Position numbers and translations under genes: made by a program. The notes beneath the pieces were generated by a model. That model was not told the origin of the DNA, did no database searches, and was given only the letters and a program-made list of their open reading frames with translations. 64,000 nt of DNA from the human T2T-CHM13v2.0 reference genome, Homo sapiens, in NCBI RefSeq assembly GCF_009914755.1, contig NC_060940.1. One strand, given 5' to 3'. Each line of letters starts with the position of its first letter. The stretch's first letter is position 1. Positions 1-64,000 of the stretch are shown here, piece by piece.

Positions 1-280
<280 letters not shown>

Positions 281-309
281 CTAATTAGAATTATCATTCT
301 TTTGGGTTT

Positions 310-440
310 TTGTTGTTGTTGCTGTTGTTTGTTTTTTAGAGATTGGGGGGGGGTCTCATTTTGTTGCCCAGGCTGGTCTCGAACTCCTGGCTTCAAGCAA
401 TCCTCCACCTCAGCCTCCCGAAGTGCTGGGATTATAGGAG
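310..440 (-). mobile_element. Alu monomer
   Basis: Antisense left arm. Confidence 0.8.
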
Positions 441-580
441 TACAATTATTATTCTAGTGATAATGGTAAGGTTAGTGTTTTTATCTAGCAACCAACAGTA
501 ATTGCCACAAAGAGGAACAAAAGCTTAATTGCAACAGTAATAACCAGAAAACGGGATAAAAAGCTATCTAAAATAGCATC

Positions 581-1124
581 TGTGATAGCCAAACTCCAGA
601 ATGGTCCCCAGTGATTCTTGCCTCCTGGTATTCATGCCCCTTAGCAATCCCCTCCCATACGTAATAGGGCTGATCTGAATAACCATTAAGATATTACAGA
701 TAGGCTCTGGCTTCTGAGGCTAGGTCATAAAAGACACTGTGGCTTCTGCTTTGCTCTCTTGGATTGCCTGTTCTGTGGGGAGCCAGCCACTGAGTCGTGA
801 AGCTGAATACTCTGGTAGCCTTGTGGAGAGGTCCTTGTTATAAGGAACTGAAGCCTCCTGCCAACAGCTGACACTGATCTGTCAGCCATGCAAGGTAACC
901 ATTTTGGAACAGGATCCTTGAGCCCCCGTCAAGTCTTCAGATGACTGCAGCCCTGGCTGCCATAATGGACTGCAATTTCATAAATTGCTGAGCTAAGCTA
1001 ATTACTTAGCTAAGCTCCTCAATTCCAGACCCACATAACTATGTGAAATAATAAATGTATATTGTTGTTTTAAGCTGTTATTTTGGGGGTAATCTGTTAC
1101 ATAGAAACAGATAACTAACATACA
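581..1124 (+). mobile_element. MaLR solo LTR (MLT1-type)
   Basis: MLT1-like start tgtgatagcc...tggtattcatgcccc and end gttacatagaaacagataactaacataca. Confidence 0.7.
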
Positions 1125-1237
1125 TTTAAGGAATAAATCTAATACAAGATGTGAAAGATTTATATAAAGCTATAAAACTTGCTGAAATATATGTAAGAAG
1201 ACCTCAATAAGTGAACACTCAAAAACTACCAGTTATA

Positions 1238-1423
1238 GGCAGCACATGGTGGCTCACGCCTGTAATTCCAGTACTTTGGGAGGCTGAGGTGGGCAGATCA
1301 CAAGGTCAGGAATTCAAGACCAGCCTGGCCAACATAGTGAAACCCCGTCTCTACTAAAAATGCAAAAAAAAATTAGCTGGGCGTGGTGGCGGGCATCTGT
1401 AGTCCCAGCTACTTGCGAGGCTG
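1238..1423 (+). mobile_element. Alu, 3'-truncated
   Basis: Alu consensus. Confidence 0.85.
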
Positions 1424-1424
1424 T

Positions 1425-2470
<1,046 letters not shown>

Positions 2471-2515
2471 TGTGAGTTCACAGCCACCATCTCCTCCTGC
2501 CCCAATATGCTGTAC

Positions 2516-15092
<12,577 letters not shown>

Positions 15093-15659
15093 GGTCTGAG
15101 CTGGTATTGAGACCTTGATCAAAAACCACAACCATCAGAAGTACGGAAAGGAGAACCAGTGCACGATGCTACAGCCTCTCATATCCATGCTTCGAGTCTT
15201 TCAAATGGAGCAGACCGAGGTTTCCCTATCTGGAACTCTATGGATCATTTTCTTCTACTATCTCCCTGCCCCCTTTTCATCTTTAATGAAAGATCAAAGA
15301 AACCCCAAATTCTACCAATCCCCAAAATTATTGTTTCAAGTTTTTCTTAATGTTATATATCTGATACATTTCTAAGGAGTCTGCATCCTCTACTCAACAT
15401 TAAAGGACACGAGAAGGAAATGTCCTCACTACTCCAGTTTTCATTGGAAACGGCATGTAAAGGGTTGCAGACTCACTTGCTTTGGGCAGACCCTCACTGT
15501 ATAAGGTTTATCTTTCTGGACAGATGTTCTTATCTGTCTTCTTTTTCCAGGCATTTTATTTTTCTCCTTTCCCCTACAGCAGAGTGTTTCTCTACCGCCC
15601 TCTAGTAAATCCCCACTGAAATGTTTCTCAGCAGTTACGTGTTCTCATAGAGCTCTACT

Positions 15660-15900
15660 TAAGGGTGTGGACTTTGGATTCACCCTTTCTGGGTTCTAAT
15701 TTTGGCTTTGCCACAAATTAACTGTGATGCTGAATAGACTACTTAACCTTGCTGGGTCTGTTTCCTCATCTGTCAAAATAGTGATAACAATAGTATCTAA
15801 CCTATTTAGATTATTGTGAAGATTAAATAATACTTAGGGTTACTGTGAGGGTTAAATAAGTAATACTTATAAAAAGCAATTGCTACTATGTTGAGCATAA
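15660..15900 (+). mobile_element. MIR
   Basis: acttaacctt...tctgtttcctcatctgtcaaaatagtgataacaatagtatct. Confidence 0.6.
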
Positions 15901-16133
15901 TTAAGGTCAACTGTGATTACTATTACAAAAAATAACATTTGATGATTTTCCTGGTTAATTTGCCTTGAGCTACCTGGTGGTGGGGGTGAAAGGGGGAGGG
16001 CTGTAATGGGCATAGAAAGCCATGAATTAAAAAACCATCAAGCAGATCCCTAGGATACTTTGCAGGGAAATCTCTCACTCTTGGCCCTATCAATGCTCAC
16101 TAGGCACATCCTGATCTCATTTGGACTCAATTA

Positions 16134-16621
<488 letters not shown>

Positions 16622-16695
16622 TCAGAGGGCCAGGGCAAGCCTTGTCAAGAAAAGAAAGCATGAGATCCTAGAATCCTCGTTTGGAAGGGACTCAC

Positions 16696-16757
16696 CTCTC
16701 ATTTCTAGGGAGGCATCACAAGGCAGTATAGTTTATGAAGACCACCTGGCCATCGAC
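16696..16757 (-). other. ADAT1: Predicted non-coding 5'UTR exon of ADAT1 (62 nt)
   Basis: ttaatttcag acceptor and strong GAG|GTGAGT donor, between the CpG island and the first coding exon. Confidence 0.55.
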
Positions 16758-17199
16758 CTGAAATTAAACCAGAGGTGCAATTCACAAACCTCGATAGGCA
16801 AGGCAGGTAGAAGTTGCCAGAAGAAACAGTGACTCTCTTTAAGATGAAGCAGCCCAGAACGGCATCATCTCACTCAGGTAGTGCGTCTGAATGAGCATGC
16901 ACAATTGTTTAAATGAATAAATGTTTTGCTACACTGGGTCCATTATAATTCGAGCCTACACCCCCTCCTAGATCTTGAAAACTTGAAGAACTTCTTAGCT
17001 GAAAATAACAGCTCAGCTAAACAGGCATTTATTTGCCCACAAGACCGCATCTCTGAACAGTTTCAACAAGCTAAAAAAACTGACGTCCTTTCCAAAGAAA
17101 AGGAAGTCGGCTGCCAGGGGAGAAAAGGCTTCAGCGATGCTTGGAGGAAGGGACTCTGGTTTACGCTGGCTCCCTTCCTAAACACTTCCGGAAGCAGAG

Positions 17200-17770
17200 C
17201 CCCTTCCCGGCCGCTGGAGAAGCCTGGGTGGGACCCCGAGTCGGCCAGTTACAGGATAGGAGGTGCCAGGCAAGGCACTGAAGCCATGCAGTGAGAACAG
17301 CGTGAGCGCCTGATCCATTGGGTCCTGCGGCTGCCAGGCCAGAGGCCCCGCGCCCGCGCGCGGCAGGAGCTCTTCAGGCGCCGGCTGCTGACAGTTCCAG
17401 GCGTGGAGCGCCTTCCCACGTGAAACGCGTCCCGGAAGATACGATCCTCACAACCTCTTCCCTCAAATACAGACTCGGCAAAGTTAGCCCGGATAAACCT
17501 GCCCCGTCGCCCCAGCGCCTCGCGGACGCTCCCCTCCCACCTTCAGGAAACGCGCCTAGAAGAAAGCGAGCTTAATCCGCCGGTAAGGCGGACGTGACGT
17601 CACAAAGCGCCGGTTCCTTTCGGCTCCCGCTCCCAGAGGCGCGCAGTGCATGCCGGGCCCTGTAGTTTTTCCGGGGAGTCGGTGCCAGGGCCGAGATTCC
17701 CGCGCTTCAAGTCCCGCAGCCCTGGCTGCGTCTTAGAGAGGCGTGAAACCGGATGATGGGAGCCGCTTGT
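17200..17770 (-). promoter_or_regulatory. ADAT1: ADAT1 CpG-island promoter with CRE and ZNF143/THAP11-type motif
   Basis: CpG-rich non-repeat DNA; palindromic GTGACGTCAC at 17594-17603; ACTACAGGGCCCGGCATGC on minus strand at 17648-17666. Confidence 0.8.
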
Positions 17771-17823
17771 TGGCTTAGATATTCCTTCAACTAGAATGAC
17801 GTATCTTGCAGCACTCGGCTGAA

Positions 17824-17945
17824 TTTTTTTCTTTTTCTTTTTTTTTTTTGAGACGGAGTCTTGCTCTGTTGCTCAGGCTGGAGTGTAGAGGCGCGATCTC
17901 GGCTCACTGCAACCTTCGCCTCCCGGTTCAAGCGATTCTCCTGAC
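17824..17945 (-). mobile_element. Alu right-arm fragment
   Basis: Antisense. Confidence 0.85.
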
Positions 17946-17964
17946 TATGCTGTATTTCTATCTG

Positions 17965-18925
<961 letters not shown>

Positions 18926-19590
18926 CTAAAAACCTTTGGATTGCCGGGAATAAGTAATATAGCTGCCTGGATACTTCAGGGGCCTTTGTCACCCAGTAAC
19001 TGAATGCTCTATTACTAAAAATGAAAGAATTCATTTTTCTTTGTTACCCCTCAAAAATTTATGCAACTTGCTCAACCCCATCCTTCTCTCTAGTTCAAAG
19101 GAAATGGGACATGGCCCTCCTCCAAGGCCAAAGACTTTGCTCCTCATTCCTCTCCAATATCTTTAATCTGCAAGTGACTGCCTCTTCTGTCTTTTAAGAA
19201 ATATTCCAGTGGGGGTAAGGGGTATCAAAGACCTTCTTCTAGGGTTCTTTATCTCAGGGATTGGTATTACTAGCAATCTAGTTGCGTAACTAAAAAGTGA
19301 GTCATGTTCCTTGTTATCTCCCTTACCTTAATCCCCTTAGTGCAATCCATTACCAAGTCCTGTTGATCTTACTTCCTATCTCTTGAATCCATCCATTTCT
19401 CTCCACTTGCATGCCAATACGCTAGTAAAAGCCACTATCGTATTCCTCTTGGATTGCTACACTCATCTCTGAATTTCCACCTTTTCTTGCTTAACTCCAA
19501 TTCATTTTCCACAGAGCAGCAAGACTAATCTTTTCAAACTGCAAATCTGGTGTCAGATTTGTGACTACTACACATTTACTGCTTAAATAA

Positions 19591-19910
<320 letters not shown>

Positions 19911-21049
19911 CTTCCCAGTACTCTTAAAATACAGACAAAAATCCCATAGTAGTGCTCACAGTCCTGCATGGCCAGCCCCTTCCTGCCTCACCTGGTGCCA
20001 TATTTCTTTGGGCTTCTATACTCTCACTGGTCTCCATGTCCCTTCCTACCACAGGGCTTTTGCACTTGTTGCCATACCACGGAAAGCCTTCTTCCCTTCA
20101 GATCTCATGTCCTCAGAGAAACCTCCTCTAACTAGGTCCATGTCCATTATAGCTTCTCAACACCCCGTGGACCTCTCCTTCAAACCATTTACCTGAGCTG
20201 CCATTTTATACAATTTTGGAGGATGATTTATTACTATCTATTTTCTTTACAAGTGTAGATGCTTGATGAAGTTTGAGACCACGCCTGTTTCTGCTCACCC
20301 CAGCAAAGCAGTTAGCAAATTGTGAGCCTGCAACTGTTTGAAGAGAAATGGGGACTTTATGACCCTTCTGTCCCTTCTAGCTTTCACACTCGGTCATTTT
20401 TCCTGCCAACCCTCACATACAAGTTGTCTACTGCTGCCTCAGTTCCTTTCTATCCCTAGCCTCCTTAAGACCAGACAGCTGGATTCTGCCTCCATCCTTC
20501 CATTAAACCACTTTGTAAAGTCACTCATATCATCAATCCTTGTAGCCTTTTTCAATTGTCTGCATTGACAGTATTACCTGAAACCTAGTCCCTTACCTGT
20601 CCTTGACCTTCCACCACCTCCCTTGGTGAGATGATTATCTCCCGTTTTAGTTACCACTCCCTTTCTGAGGATGTGCCATTTGAAAATGTTTCTTCTGAAA
20701 TGCCACCTGGTCACGTACTGCTTAAACACCAGCAGGGGTAGGGATGTTCCTCACTGCCTGAGGTGGTTCATTTAGGCAATTCTGAATGCTTAGGTTGTTT
20801 TACCAGCTACAGAAACAGAAACCTGCTCTGTGAAAGGAGACTGGCTGCTCCCAAACTGGGATGCTTGCAGAGGTTTTGCTGAGGTGCAGAAGGTAAAGTC
20901 TTCCGTCATGTGAAAAAAGGTCTTCCCAGCTGTCTCCGTGTCAGGAAAGAGGGGCTCCACTTTGATGGCAGGCTCTCAGCCACACCCTTGTCACGTTCTT
21001 AGCTCTATTGAATGGAGCTGAAAATAATGAGAAAACTTCAGATTCATTA

Positions 21050-21935
21050 TTCAACATTCTGCTATTTCCATCTGGCTAACAGGCATGTCAAATTTAACAT
21101 GTCCAAAACCAAACTTCCAACCTTCCCTCTGAAACCTGAACTTCCTGTTTTTCCCATCTCAGTAGAGGGCAACTTTCTTCCAGCTGTTCAGGTCCAAAAC
21201 CTTGAAATCATTTTTGGCTTCTTTTTCTCACAACCCACATTCCCATCACCAAATTCTTCTGCCCTCAGGAACACAGGCAAAGTACAACCACTTGTAACCA
21301 TTTCCACTGGTCCATGCACGTCGCAGCCACTGTCTCCTCAGCCCATGGTGAATGCTCAGCTGGTCTCCCTTCGTTGCTCTTGTCCTCCACACAGAAACTA
21401 GAATAATCCTTGAAAAACACTCCTCTGCTCAAAATCCTTCCATGGTATCTCATTTCCCTCAGAAAACACATACTTTTCTGATTGGCTTCCAGGGGCCTGC
21501 GTGATCTGGCCCCTCACTGACCTTCACTCATCCCTGTCCAGTCACACCAGACCCTCTGCCATTCCTCAAAAACATGGTCCTTTAGTCTGAATGGCCTTTT
21601 CCCACAGACCTCCCCAGCTCAGTCTCCAGACCTCTACTGAAATGCCCAGCAGAGGTCTTCCTGACCACCATAAAGTAGCACTGTTCCTTCCACCTCTAAA
21701 ATAGCACCTCTGTCCCCTTACCCTGCTCCATTTTTCTTCTTAGTATATACCACCACCAGAAAGAACATGTATTTACTTGTTTTTTTGTTTGTCTACTTCT
21801 TCTCCCTACCCCAAAGAAAGAATACAATTTCCACAAAAGCAGGAACTTGGCTTTTGTTCCCTGCTGTGTCCCCAATCTCTTAGAATAATGCCTGGCACAG
21901 GGCAGACATTAATACAAATTTGTTAAATGAATAAG
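21050..21935. mobile_element. L2 fragment
   Basis: aatttaacatgtccaaaacc...tgcctggcacagggcagacattaatacaaatttgttaaatgaat. Confidence 0.65.
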
Positions 21936-22048
21936 ATGGTAAAATCCTAAACATTCATTAGGCCAGAAGTCTGGGGAAAAAAGTTGATATTCTAAAAGTA
22001 AAGAGAAGAGACAAATGGCTTATTTGGTAACAGGATTAAAAAGAAATT

Positions 22049-22054
22049 TTTAAT
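22049..22054 (-). terminator. KARS1: KARS1 candidate poly(A) signal ATTAAA
   Basis: ATTAAA about 137 nt downstream of the TAG stop. Confidence 0.55.
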
Positions 22055-22190
22055 TCCTTGTCTCTCTTCTGATGGCTGAACAGAACTGCGGTGTCAAATG
22101 GAAAGCAGCACACAAGAATTCCCTTGCAGACCTTGATCTTTCGCAGAAATGCAAAGACGCCTGAGTTATACAACTTGCAATTATTATTTT

Positions 22191-41936
<19,746 letters not shown>

Positions 41937-42179
41937 CTTCCCGGAGGGCCCGACCCAAAAGTAAGGAGGATAGTACGTTAATTTCCAGGTCAAGGTGCGA
42001 AGCCCCACCTCTTCCGGGGGAGAGGGGGCGGGCACTCTCGATGCGCCGCGGCTGCTGCTGCGCAGGCCCAGTGCTGCGCTTCGCGGCAGAGGCGTCTGCG
42101 GTGACAGCTCAGTCAGTTGAGCTCTGTGTGCCAGGCGCTCGCGAGGGGGTAGCTCTTCTAGTAGTGCTCGGCGTCAGAC

Positions 42180-50908
<8,729 letters not shown>

Positions 50909-51706
50909 TTGGCAAGATAATGAGAAAAGAAAAAAGTCATGGTAGGTGAGGTGGTTAAAAAAAATTGTGACCAATGAACTTTAGAGAGTTCTTGCATTGG
51001 AACTGGCACTTATTTTCTGACCATCGCTGCTGTTGCTCTGTGAGTCCTAGATTTTTGTAGCCAAGCAGAGTTGTAGAGGGGGATAAAAAGAAAAGAAATT
51101 GGATGTATTTACAGCTGTCCTTGAACAAGTATCAATGTGTTTATGAAAGGAAGATCTAAATCAGACAGGAGTTGGTCTACATAGTAGTAATCCATTGTTG
51201 GAATGGAACCCTTGCTATAGTAGTGACAAAGTGAAAGGAAATTTAGGAGGCATAGGCCATTTCAGGCAGCATAAGTAATCTCCTGTCCTTTGGCAGAAGC
51301 TCCTTTAGATTGGGATAGATTCCAAATAAAGAATCTAGAAATAGGAGAAGATTTAATTATGAGGCCTTGAACACGGATTATCCCCAAACCCTTGTCATTT
51401 CCCCCAGTGAGCTCTGATTTCTAGACTGCTTTGAAAATGCTGTATTCATTTTGCTAACTTAGTATTTGGGTACCCTGCTCTTTGGCTGTTCTTTTTTTGG
51501 AGCCCTTCTCAGTCAAGTCTGCCGGATGTCTTTCTTTACCTACCCCTCAGTTTTCCTTAAAACGCGCACACAACTCTAGAGAGTGTTAAGAATAATGTTA
51601 CTTGGTTAATGTGTTATTTATTGAGTATTGTTTGTGCTAAGCATTGTGTTAGATTTAAAAAATTAGTGGATTGACTCCACTTTGTTGTGTTGTTTTCATT
51701 GTTGAA

Positions 51707-51712
51707 AATAAA
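51707..51712 (+). terminator. TERF2IP: TERF2IP candidate poly(A) signal AATAAA (others at 51325 and 51819)
   Basis: AATAAA about 800 nt past the stop, with GT-rich sequence downstream. Confidence 0.6.
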
Positions 51713-52884
51713 TATAACTTTGTATTCGAGTCTCGTCAATAAGTGTTTTGATTGTATATGCAAAACTTTTTAGGTATAAAAACCACAAAGGAACTAACAG
51801 TTGTTGTTAATTACAACCAATAAAGTGGTTCCATTTTAGAATGAATAGGCCATTGGAAAGATACTAGTTCTTCTGGATGGAGCAAAGAGAAGAACTGCAT
51901 CAAGGACTGTGAGAAGTGGCAAAATAAGCTGAACTGCTGAAAGCCAAAGGGGAGAGAAACCAATCAGGGACCAGCAGGTGGGTAGCAGAAGGTGTCAGGA
52001 CCTCATCCATATTCCCTGGGCACACATCATTCTCTAGCATGTGCCACTATTAGGAATCCTGCAATAAGCACCTGCTTGAGGCTCTCTGCTTGAAGTGCTA
52101 TGGAGTTAATGCCCCTGTATGGGAATTCGAGGGTGCCTACCCAGCTTCCCTGCGGACCAGAGAAGTTATACAACTGGATATTTGAAAGTTATCCTTCGAG
52201 TGGGATAATGGTTTCCATGCCATCTTTTAGAGGTCCCCAGTAGTAGTAAACATAGTTGCCCACAGTGGGAATCTACTTATGAATGCATCCTGCATAGGCT
52301 TCCTTCTCTTATCTCATTCCCACTTCCCTACAGTGCATCCTGGAATCATCATTTGTACTCAAATGCTTGTTCTCCTCTTTTTTTTTCCTTCAAGAAAATA
52401 TTTATTGCATATTATTAGTGATTATGTTTTACAGCAAAAGTAAACACATACACTTTTCACAAACACAAAATGGGAATCAAGGCATCTATCAAATGTAAAT
52501 GTTGAACCAAGTCCTGGTTTTCAGAATTCAGCAGCCAATCCTGGTTCTGCACCAGGGCCACTAGGCTATCTGTGCTTAGTCCTCACCTTGGGCAATCAAT
52601 GTTGCCCCAGCGAGCTGCAGCTTTGGTTTAGGTCCTGGCCCAGGGTCTGCAGGAATGGGGTTCAGGATTGGTGCAGAAGGCTGAGACAGTCTTGATGGTG
52701 TGGTTGTTCACTGTCGTGTCACCTGGTCCTGCAGAACTGTGGGAAGACCCAATCCTCAGCTTTGGGGGCCACCCCAATTATGCTGGGACCATTGTAAGTG
52801 GAGTATTTGAAAAGATGGCCAGCATGATATTTACTGATTTCTTTTGCATTTAATGAGTAGTTTCTAATATATTAAATAGCATTT

Positions 52885-53046
52885 TATTTTTCTTTTTTAG
52901 AGACAGGGTATCTCTCTGTCACCCAGGCTGGAATGCAGTGGCACTATCATAGCTCACTGCAGCCTTAAACTCCTGGGCTCAAGTGTTGTCCCTGCCTTGG
53001 CCTCTCAAAGTGCTGGGATGACAGGCATAAGCCACTATGCCTGGCC
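52885..53046 (-). mobile_element. Alu monomer
   Basis: Antisense. Confidence 0.8.
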
Positions 53047-53554
53047 AACATTTTCTTTAATTTTTGCTGTATATTTTGAGTGATTAGAAGTTTTGCCATA
53101 CACATCTAGGGCCATACACATGCCATACACATCTCTAGGGTTTGCCATACACATCTGATCAGAATTAGTTTCAGATTTATATTAGCTTAAGTCCAGTGAA
53201 ATATACATAGATGTTACTCCTATATGACTATTTCTCTTTCTCCTGGTTTTGGGGTATATATATTACATCTATTAATATTACAAATCCAACAATACATTAT
53301 TATAAGGATTACTTCAGCAGCTATGACCATTTTTATTAGCATCTGTGATCATGTACCTCCTTCTGTTATTGTCAAAATACATACATTAAACTTCTGTGTT
53401 ACAGGATCAACTTATACATTATATACATATACTTTTATGCAGTTTTCAAAAAATCAGTTGAGAAAAAAGTGCATTTATAGTGTTTTTTATAATGACATAA
53501 TTACCTTTACATGCTCTTTCCCTCCATATATATGATTATTTTGTTATGTATATA

Positions 53555-53865
53555 TATATTTTTTTCTTTTTTTTTAAGACAGAGTCTCACTCTGTTGCCT
53601 AGGCTGGAGTGCAGTGGTGCGATCTTGGCTCACTGCAGCCTCTTCCTCCTGGGTTCAGCCATTTGTGTGCCTCAGCCTCCGAGTAGCTGGGACCACAGAC
53701 GCACACCACTATGCTTGGCTAATTTTTTGAATTTTTTGTGGAGACCAGGTTTTGACATGTTGACCAGGTTAGTCTCCTGATCTCATGTGATCCACCTGCC
53801 TTGGCCTCCCAAAGTGCTAGGATTACAGGTGTGAGCCACCACACCCAGCTAAGCCACCCCGCCCA
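53555..53865 (-). mobile_element. Alu
   Basis: Antisense dimer. Confidence 0.88.
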
Positions 53866-53954
53866 GCATTTGTTGGTTTTTCAATCCATACTCTGTGGAG
53901 TCAAGCTTCTGCAGGCCACCATAAAGTATATGGTCAGGAGCTCAGGAGCTATAA

Positions 53955-54410
<456 letters not shown>

Positions 54411-54549
54411 TTTAAAAAAATTTATTTTTATTTATTTATTTACTTATTTTTATTTTTATTTTTTATGTGGAGGCTTCTGGAGACGGCTTTGCTTTGGCCT
54501 GCTGTGTGGGTTACTGTGGGCTTGACCTGTGGCTATGGTTCTGTGATAC

Positions 54550-63957
<9,408 letters not shown>

Positions 63958-64000
63958 TCATAGCTACTCACAATAATAAAATTACACATGAAAGCAGGAA

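Noticed and set aside
15833-15855. Isolated TTAGGG-like hexamers near a telomere-protein gene
   Set aside because: Single copies expected by chance; no interstitial telomeric array.

Overview
Alu-dense human genomic DNA; the gene content matches chr16q23.1. On the minus strand lie the 5' ~85% of the ADAT1 CDS (7 coding exons; the 3' end runs off the left edge) and the complete KARS1 gene (597-aa cytosolic CDS rebuilt from 14 exons, plus the alternative mitochondrial-targeting exon 2). On the plus strand is the complete TERF2IP/RAP1 gene (3 exons, 399 aa), which shares a bidirectional CpG-island promoter with KARS1. On the minus strand at the right are two coding exons of an intact PRD-like homeobox gene, most likely CPHXL2; its first exon is probably off the right edge. 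About 55 Alus plus L1, L2, MIR, LTR and DNA-transposon fragments fill the introns. Most notable observation: an 80-bp, 94%-identical copy of the RAP1 Myb-domain coding sequence inserted inside an antisense Alu in KARS1 intron 1. It has a 5-bp flanking duplication and 8-bp microhomology, consistent with a locally templated insertion, and it makes KARS1 pre-mRNA carry an antisense copy of its promoter partner's mRNA. Also notable: a TISU-initiated uORF upstream of the mitochondrial KARS1 start, the open CPHXL2 frame with an atypical recognition helix and 51-bp coding repeats, a 3'-truncated Y1 RNA retrocopy, and an LTR22-like LTR with a PBS-like tail. Exon boundaries were read by hand. Repeat boundaries and subfamily names are approximate recognitions, not RepeatMasker output.
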